DNA of 62,313 bases, filler included, from Basidiobolus ranarum (lineage: Eukaryota): the NCBI GenBank assembly GCA_040143965.1. It is 29 parts of 29 records of this genome, joined end to end, with 100 filler letters (N's around TTAATTAATTAA, not from the genome) between each part and the next. Parts side by side here need not be neighbours in the genome. Positions count along the whole stretch, not along the records: positions 1 to 2,064 come from JASJQH010010719.1; positions 2,165 to 4,228 come from JASJQH010010720.1; positions 4,329 to 6,391 come from JASJQH010010721.1; positions 6,492 to 8,553 come from JASJQH010010722.1; positions 8,654 to 10,714 come from JASJQH010010723.1; positions 10,815 to 12,874 come from JASJQH010010724.1; 23 more parts are not named here. The stretch is one strand, 5' to 3'. The notes under the pieces are model-generated. The model was not told where the DNA came from. It saw nothing but the letters and a program-made list of their open reading frames with translations, and did no database searches. The translations under genes and the position numbers were made by a program. The first letter of the stretch is position 1; each line of letters begins with the position of its first letter. This document shows positions 1-11,672 of the stretch, piece after piece.

Positions 1-107
1 GACAAAACTATAAATGTCAACTTTCTACTCAATAAATCAATAAGTGAAAACCACCAATTCCTCTAATTCTCCAAACCACTTCCAACAGGCTCCCAAATAC
101 TTTAACA
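1..107 (+). mobile_element. 3' end of copia LTR family A (young copy)
   Basis: Ends ...TACTTTAACA. Identical to the reverse complement of 4123-4228 and 53633-53737, and nearly identical to the end of the full LTR at 29766-30113. Confidence 0.9.
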
Positions 108-387
108 GAATCCACTACAGTGGTTAAACTCCACTCGCTACCAAATGATGAATTTTTATTATTGACCTACCAACAAATTAAACAATCTTACATGCAAGAA
201 TGATGTGGGATATCATGTGCCCTAAAATCATTCGATTAATTTAATCAAGAAAGTTTTCTTTTTAAAAATTAGTTAAAGTTGGCAATAATCAAGATGGAGA
301 TGATCGTGAAATATTTCTCCTCTAATTCCCATTCCCCTTCCCCCTCCACGGTGGTTTAGGCTTCTTTCTCGAGGAATAGTGTAGAAT

Positions 388-1530
388 ATGCCAGCCAGGA
401 ATATTGCTTTATTTGCTGGTGGTGCCGTTGTGGGGGCCATCGGATTAGCCGTATACAATAAGACCCAACATCAGTTGGTTAGCCCAGTGGTATCTGGACC
501 TCCAGTACAACAACCTTTGGGGGTACCTGCACCTAGTGCACCACGTCCACAAGTTCCTACCCTCCCACCGAACAATATAGAGATTGGAAAGCAAATCATG
601 AAGTTTGGTTTTCCCGGTGAGTTATTTGCACCTTTCTAGTGGAGAGATACTGGTTCTAATATTAGGAAACGTTTGGTTTGGTTTATTCAGGACCCATCTC
701 GGACATAAAATATCGAAGATCTTATGTAGCTTCATATAATCGACAACTACGTAATCCTAACTGGGTATAGTAGAAATATGTGAGGGTTTCACGTAGAAGG
801 TGTTGATATTGACTTATTATCTACCTAGGTCGCTGAGCATATTACAGTGGAAAGTTTGAAGAGAAATGAGAAGGAAGGTGTGGACCGTAGTAAGTCCACC
901 TTTAAAGAAGATACGAGTCTACCTGAGATGTACCGAGCGAAATTATCTGATTACTTCCGTAGTGGATATGATCGAGGCCATATGGTACCTGCTGCAGATG
1001 CCAAGAACTCCCAACAAGGAATGGATGATACCTTCTACATGACCAATATTAGTCCCCAAGTAGGTCAAGGATTTAACCGAGATTATTGGGCACATCTAGA
1101 GAATTTCGCCCGAGAACTGACCAAGAGTTTCTCGGATGTGTATGTGATCACCGGACCACTTTACTTGCCCCATTATGATGAGAGTGAACGTAAATGGTAT
1201 GTGAAATATGAGATGATTGGTAACCCACCTAATGTTGCCGTACCTACACATTTCTACAAAATCATTCTGGGTGTGAAGAATCAACAACAACATGCTTTGG
1301 GTGCTTTTGTGCTCCCTAATGCACCCATCCCTGATGATACTCCACTCGAACAATTCGTCGTACCGGTAGAGGCGTTGGAGAAATCCTCGGGATTGACATT
1401 CTTTGAATTCCTTGATAAACCCAATACCCCCCAATTGTGCGATACTGTACAATGTAAGATCGTACCCAATGCATTCTATCAGAGACAAAAAGCATTGCAA
1501 AAGAACAATCAAACTGTGATTGAAGGATAA
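388..1530 (+). CDS. NUC1: Mitochondrial endonuclease G / Nuc1; 3 exons (388-616, 691-764, 829-1530)
   Basis: GT-AG introns 617-690 and 765-828 join in frame: FGFPG-PISDIKYRRSYVASYNRQLRNPNW-VAEHIT. Catalytic motif GYDRGHMVPAAD, plus NISPQVGQGFNRDYW. Confidence 0.93.
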
Positions 1531-1748
1531 GGATTAGGGGAAGTAAATTAAGATAATAAAATTCAATCACCACCTAAATATAATCAATATTTTATTGTCG
1601 ATGAATCCCATTGAAATGATGCCTATTTGATTAGATTCCCATGAATAGATTTATTTAGTGAATAATTAATGTGGTGAATATGCGATAGGAAGTGAAATTT
1701 AGCAGTGATTTTAAGAGGGCGGATGATGGTGGAACTGGGTTAATTAAT

Positions 1749-2064
1749 TTACATCTTGCTAACAATTTCTGATTCATAAACTGGTTCCCACATATTACTT
1801 TGAACATATTTGATCAATTCATCCCAGGCTGGAGTACCTACTTCAGCTGAAGCATCTACTGGAAGAATAGAGAGGATTTCTGGCTCGGTAGCAAGGTTTT
1901 CTTTAACAGCTTGACGACAAACTGCTGCTGCTACTACAGCGGATACTTCACGGATACGTTCAATACGAGGGTAAAGTAAGTGTGATTTGCGTTCATCTTC
2001 AGTCAACGAATCTGCTAAGGCTGCTGCTGAAGCGTAGATGATGGTATCGGTGATACGGGATGGT
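1749..2064 (-). CDS. Malic enzyme, C-terminal fragment (5' end cut by contig edge)
   Basis: RITDTIIYASAAALA...LYPRIERIREVSAVVAAAV...MWEPVY is the typical malic-enzyme C-terminus. Convergent with NUC1. Confidence 0.85.
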
Positions 2065-2164
2065 NNNNNNNNNNNNNNNNNNNNNNNNNNNNNNNNNNNN
2101 NNNNNNNNTTAATTAATTAANNNNNNNNNNNNNNNNNNNNNNNNNNNNNNNNNNNNNNNNNNNN
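2065..2164. other. Artificial contig spacer N44-TTAATTAATTAA-N44 (first of 28)
   Basis: The same six-frame-stop linker flanked by Ns recurs about every 2.15 kb across the window. Confidence 0.98.
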
Positions 2165-2356
2165 GTTCTCTGAGATTTTAGCCAATCATTTGCAACTATT
2201 TTGCGAGATCTTGAAATTTCACTCCTGAAACTGAAAAAATTGATTAAAATCAAATCTAACTTGACGTTTTTATGATGGTAAGTAAGCGGTGAACCCCAAA
2301 TGGATTAAAATTGTGACGGTTTTCCTACAATAACAATCCTCAAATTTCTGTTAGGG
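2165..2356 (-). repeat. Dispersed repeat F with CCCT terminus (DNA-transposon end)
   Basis: Homologous to ~56820-57085 and, inverted, to 24376-24640. All three stop sharply at a CCCT(A/G)A terminus with different flanks. Confidence 0.7.
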
Positions 2357-3900
2357 TGTATTGGGTTTCTTGTTGTCAAAGACATCAGCAAAACCTAAGT
2401 ATTTGGGTGGAAGTCTATGAACTGTAGGTTTTATTGGTTTCAGCTCTTAAGTGACACTCTCAATGGATATTGACTTCATAGATGTTTTCAGGATTTGGGC
2501 TGATGATGAGTTGGCTACTTTACAGATTAGCAAATATGGACTAGGAGGTGGAACTTGCTTAAACATAATAATCTTCTTTTTCCAGTTGATTGCTGGGTTG
2601 TGCTGCATGAGCCATGATATACCAAGGATGGCAGGGTGGTGAGATGAAGAAATGATATAGAAGGCTATTTCTTCTTGATGTTCAGTGGACATGAGTGTCA
2701 TAAAGGTAGTCTCATTTGTTACAGCACCTAATTATAGCGGACTTCCATCAATTACTTCTACATAGACTGGACTAGATTTCTTGATTGTTGGGACAGAGTT
2801 GGGATTTGATAAAGGCAGAGTCAATAAAACAGGAGGAAGCACCTGAATCAAGAAGTGCAGTTGTTTTATTGACTTGGAATTTGGTAGCAGGAGTGAAATG
2901 GGCAGCATTAATAATCTGCAGAGATTGCAATGTATGGTGAAGAAGCATTTTTGAAGATGGTTGGCCCAACTGCATGCCCATTATTGCAGCTGGGCATTGA
3001 AGCTTTCCAATGGTTGGGAAAAGTTCTCTTCTACTTGCATATTGTTGATGTTAAATCCAGGACTCTTTTTTGGACATGTTCTGGTTATATGTCCAGGAGT
3101 TCTGCAATAGAGGCATAGATTCTCTTATTGGTGGCAATATTTCTCCTCAGGGCTAAGCTTTCTGAGTCAATTTCCATCAATTTGCATTGGGTCATCTGCT
3201 TGAGCTGCATTTTGTGTTTGATGGAAGTGAGATCTGAAAGTAGATGAGGCAGGAGAGTAGCAAGGAGCCATATTTCTTTGTTGTTTTCTTTCAAACAACC
3301 AGTTGTCACATATAACAGCCTGATTGATAGCAGCAGTCAAGGTCACTGGGTCAGCTGTCATGAGTAACAGATCCTTAATATTTTCTTGAAGTCCATATTG
3401 AAACTGGTTGATCAGGGCAGATTCTCCCCAATTGAGATCACAGGCAAGAAGGTAGAATTCTGTGGCATAAACTGATGCAGGCTTTGACCCTTGCTTAAGT
3501 GCATGGAGCTTGGTGGCTGAGGTTCTTTCCTTATCTGCATTTCCAAGTGTAGCTTCCAGTTCAGCAAGGAAGGCAAGGAGGCTTGAAGAAAGTGGATAAT
3601 TACTTTCTATGAAAGGAGCAAACTAAGATAGAGCTGTTCCTGATAATAGTGTCCCCAGTAGGCCTGCTTTTGTTTGGTCAGAGAGGGGGGTAGTGATAGA
3701 GGTGTAACTGGATGATGAGCTTTACTTGGTTGATAAAACCATGATAGTTTTGGCAAGTATGATCAAACTTATTAGGTAAGGAGATCTTGGGTTCAGGAGT
3801 TGGATTTGCGAGATAGTTGGGTGGAGCTGGATTCTGTACTTGAGCAAGAGAAGCACAAAGTTCTTGATTTTCTTGCTAAAGCTGAGTCAGAGCTTGCATG
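2357..3900 (-). mobile_element. Degenerate Ty3/gypsy gag-protease region
   Basis: Broken frames give KISLPNKFD (gag), DPMQID, a CCHC knuckle CLYCRTPGHITRTC, protease ALLDSGASSCFID and ILGISWLMQHNPAINWK. Confidence 0.85.
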
Positions 3901-4122
3901 ATATCTTCCATTGTGAGGGCTGGTGTAGGCATGATACTTATTATGTTGGGAGGGGGAAGTTTTAAAACCACAAGTTTCTCTAGGAATGATTATCACAATG
4001 AAAATGTCCGACTTTCTGTTGAAGAAATGATTGGCACCTTGTTAAAAGAATAAGATGATATCAACATCCTTTGATCTTGATGAAGTACTAAAGCTTCCTT
4101 GATCAAAAACAGCTGTAAACTC

Positions 4123-4228
4123 TGTTAAAGTATTTGGGAGCCTGTTGGAAGTGGTTTGGAGAATTAGAGGAATTGGTGGTTTTCACTTATTGATTTATTG
4201 AGTAGAAAGTTGACATTTATAGTTTTGT
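4123..4228 (-). mobile_element. 3' end of LTR family A
   Basis: Exact reverse complement of 2-107. Confidence 0.9.
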
Positions 4229-5224
4229 NNNNNNNNNNNNNNNNNNNNNNNNNNNNNNNNNNNNNNNNNNNNTTAATTAATTAANNNNNNNNNNNNNNNN
4301 NNNNNNNNNNNNNNNNNNNNNNNNNNNNAATTGGTCGAGTTTAATTTATCGTGAACGAACCACCATTCTGTATATGTCACAGGTATTTCTGATTAACGGA
4401 TTAACGCTCCGCTAGCTCGACCATACAAATCAGAGGCCTTTACCGAAAATAGCAGCTATGTTTACGGAACCCCTGACTGCTAAATATGCTGTCATTTCAC
4501 AACTATTCACAGTACAATAGTCAGCATATTAGGATATCTAGAGATAGATCACCTAAACCAAGTTGAAGCATGTGGCTAATTTCAGAAATAGCCACTTGTA
4601 TACGGATGATACGATTTTCACGTGATTTATTGCTAATTTCATAGTTACTGGATTTGTGAAGTGACTCCACATTTCTTACAACAATTAGGAGTTGGTATCA
4701 AGTTTCTGGCAACTTTGCATTGACTTTGTTGCATTCTTTGCAGTCACGACGTTTTGTTGTAGTCAAGATTGAATTGCAGGGAATAAAATTTCACAAGGTG
4801 GGATAATCCTTAAAGCACTAGAAGTCTACCATACACTTCACTACAACTAATCACAGTGAAGGGTTGTTCTACCTCATTCCATGTTTATATTCTTGGCTTG
4901 TACGTGATTAATAATAGATATCTGACTCGCCCTGGCCTTGTTGCTAATAATCTATGACGTCATCGAATCTCAACCATTGAGTTCAAGGGTAGAATGTAGA
5001 GCATAACCTTTCAGCGGTATTATCAAACACATCATAGACATCACTGACTCCTATCTTGTAGCAAATCACTGCCAAAATTAGCCCATTTTTCTGATTTTAC
5101 TATAACAAAATCTACTCCATCTATAGCCAATAGCTCCTCCGAAAGTCAACTCAGTCATTAAGCAGTCAACTCCCGTTGTTCTTGTAAAAGTACCTTGCTT
5201 CTGATTAGAACAAAGTTATACAAC

Positions 5225-6391
5225 ATGGCAGATAATAGGTAATTTTAAATTATATATCTCTTAATTGAATATGGCGAAATATTGCGGTTGCTTATCTTAA
5301 GTCTTCGTAGTATTTCTCTAGATGACGTTGGTGGTGAAATCCAAACCAACTGGGATGAAGTTGTTGACAATTTTGATAACATGAACTTGCGTGATGACTT
5401 ACTCCGTGGTATTTATGCTTATGGTTTTGAGCGCCCTTCTGCTATCCAACAACGCGCTATTCTTCCTGTTATCAAAAAATATGATGTCATTGCCCAAGCT
5501 CAATCAGGAACTGGTAAAACTGCCACCTTCTCTATCTCCATCCTTCAATCTCTTGACGTTGAGATCAAAGAGTGCCAGGCACTTGTCCTTGCACCTACTC
5601 GTGAATTGGCTGTACAAATACAGAAGGTACTAATAGCTATCGGTGACTTTATGAACATCGAGAGCCATGCTTGTATTGGTGGCAGAACTGTCCGCGAAGA
5701 TATCGAAAAGTTACAGTCTGGTGTGCATGTTGTTGTTGGAACTCCAGGTCGTGTTTATGATATGATCAATCGTGGAGCCTTCAGGACTGACTATCTTAAG
5801 ATGTTTGTTCTTGATGAAGCCGATGAGATGCTCTCTCGTGGCTTCAAAGATCAAATCTATGAGATCTTCCAACTTCTTCCTACCGAAGTTCAAGTGGTAC
5901 TTCTTTCTGCTACCATGCCTGCCGATGTTCTCGAGGTCACCTCGAAGTTCATGCGTGATCCCATCCGTATTTTGGTCAAGCGTGATGAACTTACCCTTGA
6001 AGGTATTAAGCAATTCTACGTTGCCGTTGAGAAGGAAGACTGGAAGCTTGATACCCTCAGTGATCTCTATGAGACCGTCACCATCACCCAAGCCGTTATC
6101 TTCTGTAACACCAGAAGAAAGGTCGACTGGCTTACTGAGAAGCTTCACGAGCGTGAGTTCACTGTTTCCGCCATGCACGGAGATATGGAACAAGAGCAAC
6201 GTGAGGTTATCATGAAGGAGTTCCGCTCTGGCTCTTCCCGAGTATTGATTACCACGGATCTTTTGGCTCGTGGTATCGATGTACAACAAGTATCCTTGGT
6301 CATCAATTATGATATCCCCAGTAATCGCGAGAACTATATCCATCGTATTGGTCGTGGCGGTCGTTTCGGTCGTAAGGGTGTGGCTATCAAT
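5225..6391 (+). CDS. TIF1: Translation initiation factor eIF4A (DEAD-box helicase); exon 1 5225-5238, exon 2 5311->6391, 3' truncated
   Basis: ATG GCA GAT AAT AG|GTAATT...TCGTAG|T gives MADNSISLDD. Motifs [45 protein letters not shown]. Confidence 0.96.
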
Positions 6392-6493
6392 NNNNNNNNN
6401 NNNNNNNNNNNNNNNNNNNNNNNNNNNNNNNNNNNTTAATTAATTAANNNNNNNNNNNNNNNNNNNNNNNNNNNNNNNNNNNNNNNNNNNNTT

Positions 6494-6796
6494 TATGGAG
6501 GAACCGTTGGAGGGACCGGCGGCGGGGGGACGGGGTGGGGCTATCACGGGACGGGTGCGGTTGCTTACGACTCTGGAAAAGGCAGTAACGGTGGTGGTGA
6601 TGGTGGTGGCGATAATGGCAATGGCGGTAACGGAGCTGGTGCCTACGGCTCTGGCAATGGTGGAAATGGTGGTGGTAATGGCGGTGCTGGCAATGGTGGT
6701 GGCGATAATGGCAATGGCAATGGCGGTAACGGAGATGGTGCCTATGACTCTGGAAAGGGCGGAAACGGTGGTGGTGAAGCAGACTGCGATAAATAG
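6494..6796 (+). CDS. Gly/Asn-rich low-complexity protein, C-terminal fragment (frame absent from ORF track)
   Basis: Open frame YGGTVGGTGGGGTGWGYHG...AYDSGKGSNGGGDGGGDNGNGGNG...AYDSGKGGNGGGEADCDK*, followed by AT-rich 3' sequence. Confidence 0.7.
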   Translation, partial: YGGTVGGTGGGGTGWGYHGTGAVAYDSGKGSNGGGDGGGDNGNGGNGAGAYGSGNGGNGGGNGGAGNGGGDNGNGNGGNGDGAYDSGKGGNGGGEADCDK

Positions 6797-6993
6797 ATTT
6801 ATTGTTATTCGAAGTTATAATTTTCTAGATAACTCCTATGTAATTCCATTGAAATCAAACGACGTAAATATATATATTTAATAAAGATTAATTTGAAAGC
6901 AAAGTGGCAAGCTTTGTGAGTGCGACCTTTAGGAAACTTGAGTCCTTGAAGCTACTTGACGACAAATGTGCTTCCGAATGGAATGTCGTTAAC

Positions 6994-7353
6994 TCAAATA
7001 CTGACGAAAGGTTTGAGAGCATTGCTCCTTGAGCCTAGGCTGAAAGGATATCTTTTAGCATCAAGACCAAAGAAGCTGTTGAATCCATTGCCACAACTGC
7101 ATGAAAGGTTGATTACCTTTTTATTATTAAAGCGGGCAGTTCCCTCCATGCGAGCAGCTTCAGCGAATGATCTAGAAACGTTGGCGAGGGATTTTCGCGA
7201 ACGTATCTTGATATTCACAATTTTGGATCCTGAGTGGTCCTTCTCATTGGCAAGACAGTAGTAAGTCATCTTCGATCTCTTAGCTACTACAGTAGCTTGG
7301 AAGAAAGTAAGACTAAGAAGACTGATAAAAGGTGACTTGGAAAGAAATTGCAT
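6994..7353 (-). CDS. Small, possibly secreted hypothetical protein
   Basis: ATG at 7353 with a hydrophobic N-terminus MQFLSKSPFISLLSLTFFQATVVA and a TATA-like element ~65 bp upstream. No family recognised. Confidence 0.4.
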   Translation of the reverse strand: MQFLSKSPFISLLSLTFFQATVVAKRSKMTYYCLANEKDHSGSKIVNIKIRSRKSLANVSRSFAEAARMEGTARFNNKKVINLSCSCGNGFNSFFGLDAKRYPFSLGSRSNALKPFVSI

Positions 7354-8653
7354 GGTCAAGAGTATAATAATCAAGAACTGATTCGGTATGGGTTATGTAT
7401 CTCGAAGGTGTACACTTATATACGTGCTTCGAAGTTCCCATAGTCTGCCTTTCCCTACAAAGCTTCATTATCTTCATACGGGTCTACCTTTTAGCTAACT
7501 TGACTACTTCTATATCCATTTTGTCTTTAGCTGCTCTCGGACTACCCCCAGTAACTCCAGTAGCTGTTCTTAGTTTTAACTGTCGTAGAAGTAGTGAGTG
7601 TTCAACCACGGAATAAAATGGTAAACACTGTAAGCCAACTATATGGTAGTAATACGTATGGCTCAAGAGTAAGATTTGCAATGAATTGCCATTGCTGCTG
7701 GCCAAGCTTGTTTATTACTACATCAGCTACAGAACCATAGCTATGTAGGTGTCAATGTATTGCTCCCCAGAATAATGATGTTAGTCACAGTGAACTTGTA
7801 GTAAACTATGGCACTCAATGTGGATAAAGTTATGTAGAGTTTAGCAAAAATTAAAATCAATCAGTAGTGTTAGCATCTAAGTCTCTGAGAATTGAAAGAT
7901 ATCTAGGCAGTCAATTGATGTTAAGTATATTAATTACTTTATGAAAGCAGTTGAGCAATTCTTCTAACAATACAAAAACTTTGTCAAGAACACAAGTGTA
8001 CAGTGTTAGTTTTGTAGTATAAAGGCTCAATTATTGGAGTAAAATCCTTGACTGAGCTTGTATTTATCACTGCTGAAGTATACTTGCTTGTAATACCCTC
8101 ACATACTTTAAGACTTGGGTAAGCACTTATGTAGTAATCTAAACTAAAGAATTTGGGTGACAATATATAAAAATATTCCCAAGAATTAAACAAGTGATCA
8201 AACTTTTCTTGGAGGTTTGCATGCTATATTGGAGATGAGAGAAGTAAGATCTATCTGTTATATCATGATAGTACTGTACACACATATAGCATACAATAGT
8301 CAATACTTACGGTTAGGGGGGAGACAATCATTAACAGATGAAATCTTTAATTCAAACAAAACAAAGAAGGCATAACTACATATGTGGTTTCCTAATCAAA
8401 GTGTGAAGTTCTGGAGTATTGGTACAAATGTTGCAAAGTAGAAAAGTTAAGTCAGTAGAGTCTAAGACACTATTAAGTGGAGTGGGAGGGAATTAATACA
8501 GGTACGAATGGTTTGCCAACAACAGAAATAAGTGGGATGAGGCTAGGACTAGCNNNNNNNNNNNNNNNNNNNNNNNNNNNNNNNNNNNNNNNNNNNNTTA
8601 ATTAATTAANNNNNNNNNNNNNNNNNNNNNNNNNNNNNNNNNNNNNNNNNNNN

Positions 8654-9048
8654 ATATCTTGGAATAGCAAGAAACAACCCACTGTAGGACTTTCAATAAC
8701 TGAAGCAGAGTACATGGCAGCATCACATACAACAAAGGAGGCTATGTGATTAAGGAAGCTGTTCAAAGACTTGGGCATTTCTCAAAGTTCACCCACAATA
8801 ATATTCAAGGATAATCAAAGCTGTATTTCTTCAGCTAAAAAACCCAAATTTTATGCTAGGAGTCAGCACATTGACATTCAACATCACTTTTTTAGGGAAG
8901 CTATTGAGAATAAGCACATACAACTGCAGAACTGTCCAACTGAGGACATGATTGCTGACATCCTTACCAAACCATTACCTAAGCCAAAATTTGAACAATT
9001 AAGATTCAAGTTAGGATTAAGATATATTAATATTTAGTTGAGTGGGAG
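8654..9048 (+). mobile_element. Copia RNase H 3' end and polypurine tract
   Basis: SWNSKKQPTVGLSITEAEY...DNQSCI...HIDIQHHFFRE...ADILTKPL. PPT GAGTGGGAG lies immediately before the LTR. Confidence 0.9.
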
Positions 9049-9425
9049 TGTTGAAGTTTATTGTCTTTATCATATTTTTTTCTCTATCTTTATACACCCA
9101 ACTATTTCATATATCACATATAAGTTAGTTAACATTACTCAGTCAAATATCACTCAGCTGAAAATTGGAACATGTATTGTATATATATGTGAATAATGTG
9201 AGAATTAGCAATTCCATATTGGAAACTTCAAACTTGTCGAAATTGCCCCAAAGATAGCTCATTTTACTCCCACAGATGCTCTGAACACATCCCCAGTGTT
9301 GGTTTTCTGTGTTTCCACCAAAAAGTATAAATGCTTTATATCTGGACAATAAATGATAATGTCACAAAGCTATTCACAACTCCACTTTTCTAAAGTTCCT
9401 CCAAACAGCCCATATTTTCCCAGTA
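9049..9425 (+). mobile_element. Copia LTR family B (~377 bp), 3' LTR
   Basis: Starts TGTTGAAG right after the PPT. Homologous to 48531-48907, 39017-39392 (inverted) and 53838-54167. Confidence 0.88.
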
Positions 9426-10714
9426 TATTCAGGGCTATTTCTGATCTAATTTGATCTACTTGTTTGGGATCAAGGTACTACAACTTCTGGTATTGTATTG
9501 GCCACTTCAGTAGGCAAAAATCTGGTTGAAGGGTCCACAGGAATGCTTTTTTCTTCATTGTTTCAATTTGAACCATTGGATGAGGAGAAAATCAATTTTT
9601 GTCATCATCTGAGATCATTTTGGGAGAAAATTTTTTATTTTCATTATACAAAATATCTCTGGACCTGATTAACTTGGAAATTCTGGTATTGTAGAGTCTG
9701 CAGGCCTTAGTTTGAGTACAATAACTGAGAAATATGCAATTCTTACTTTTGGATCAAATTTAGACCAATTTTTGGTCATATGTTTGCAATAAGCAATACA
9801 TCCAAAGATCCTCAAATGTTTTACAACAGGTTTAACTCAAAATCAAGCTTGATATGCTGTAGAGCTAGACAGACTTCTAGTAAAGCTCCTGTTCTTCAGA
9901 TTTATAGCTGTTGGAACGGATTCCACCCAAAATTTATGAGATAAATTTTGTGGATCTATCATAGATCTTGCTATTTATATTATAGTCCTGTTAGCTCTTT
10001 TAGCAACTGCATTTTGTCAAGGTGAATAGGGAGCAGCAGTTTCATGCATAATACCATCAATTTTACAAAAGCAAGTAAATAGTGTTGAAGTATATTCTCC
10101 ACCTTTATCAATACATATTTTCTTAATTCTAGTTCTAGCTTCTGTCTCCACAAGTGTTTTAAAGTATTTCAGGATATAGAGAGCTTCTACTTTTTGTTGC
10201 ATAAAGTAGACTCAAGTATATCTTGTAAAATCCTCAATAAATGTTGTTACATATCTTTTTCCATCTAGAGAAAAATTTTATGTAGGTGCACACAAATCTG
10301 AATGAATTAGATCCAATTTTTTGACAGATTGGATTAAACCAGAACTCTTGAATGGTTGCCTGGCTTGTTTTCCATATATATAACCCTCAAAAGTTTTATT
10401 TTGGTTGGGGGGGGTTAATTTAAATTCCAGAAATCAGGAAATATTTGATCATTTTGCTCAAATAATCAAATCCAATATATCCTAATCTCTTATGCCATAA
10501 TTAAATAGTGTCTTGATTGGAATAGCTTACATTTATACATGGACCTCTTGGATTATTTGTAAATTTTTATAAGGTCTGATCCTTTTCTCCCAAAGCTGAA
10601 TACTTCCCATTTTGATCAGTGATGGTGCATCCTGACTTATCAAAATTGAATTTTAGCCCTTCTGAGGTGGCCTTGCATACAGATATTAGATTCTTGGCAA
10701 TATCTGGAACATGT
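9426..10714 (-). mobile_element. Degenerate copia protease end, GAG-pre-integrase and integrase
   Basis: HVPDIAKNLISV, WHKRLG, IHSDLC, DKGGEY, APYSP remnants with many stops. Confidence 0.85.
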
Positions 10715-11672
10715 NNNNNNNNNNNNNNNNNNNNNNNNNNNNNNNNNNNNNNNNNNNNTTAATTAATTAANNNNNNNNNNNNNNNNNNNNNNNNNNNNNN
10801 NNNNNNNNNNNNNNCATGACTTCCACATATGGTAATCTGGATGAGCTGACACCAGATTGCCAAGAAGGGATGGCCCAGCAGATTTGATGTTGTAATCTAA
10901 TAATAGAAGAGTTCTATTTGCAGTGGATCAGTATGTGGAGATCAGAATCATGCCAATTGCAGTCTATGGGCCACAGTATTTCTCAAATATTGCTTCTGGT
11001 GTGGTGATAGCTAAGCTAGTAGTTGCTCTTGCAACAATTAGTAATGACCATTTAGAGTAGATGGCAAGTTTGATGCTAATCTTGTATTGAGCTGGCGTGA
11101 CACTGATTGATCCAGCTTGCATGAGATATTTGTCTAAGAATTTCAGTTATCATGGTAAAAATCCCAATATTCTGTTCAATATAGTTTCTGTTTGCATTTT
11201 TTCTCCTAATTATTACAAATATGTGTAATTGCATGGAAATTATATAATAAACTGCATTAGCAAAGTAAATCATAGTTTGATCTGAATCAATTTATTTTAC
11301 ATACATACAAAAATGGCTCAATGCAGAATGCATTATGCTTGTTCACACTATAGGAAATTAACTTTGACATTTTAACCATTAATATAGAAAGATCACTAAT
11401 TCTGATTGAAATTAATAGAGTCTAACATCATAGATATATATGATAGTTATTTATCATGTCAAAAGAGATTCTCCTTGATTCACAACCTACATTTGTACCA
11501 GAAACCAACACTTCAAAAATTTTGCATGTGCAGTTAAATGAAGGTGTAGGTGGCACAAAGCAGCATATATCTAATGATATTACAGATTCCCAGGTATCCA
11601 CTTTGAATTCTTGCTTGGATATATGATAATTATTGATAAACTTGACAGAAGCTGTGGAAGAGGGCATTAGAT

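Noticed and set aside
2109-2120. Regularly spaced TTAATTAATTAA palindrome
   Set aside because: Assembly linker embedded in Ns. ORFs ending in X runs or LIN are artefacts of it.
5711-6343. Long antisense ORF over eIF4A (similar shadows over NUC1, CNT, SulP and SSUH2-like genes)
   Set aside because: Expected from codon bias of the real gene; no recognisable motifs.
6495-6881. 128-aa Val/Met/Ala-rich ORF from the track
   Set aside because: Shifted-frame reading of glycine-codon repeats; the 6494-6796 frame is more plausible.
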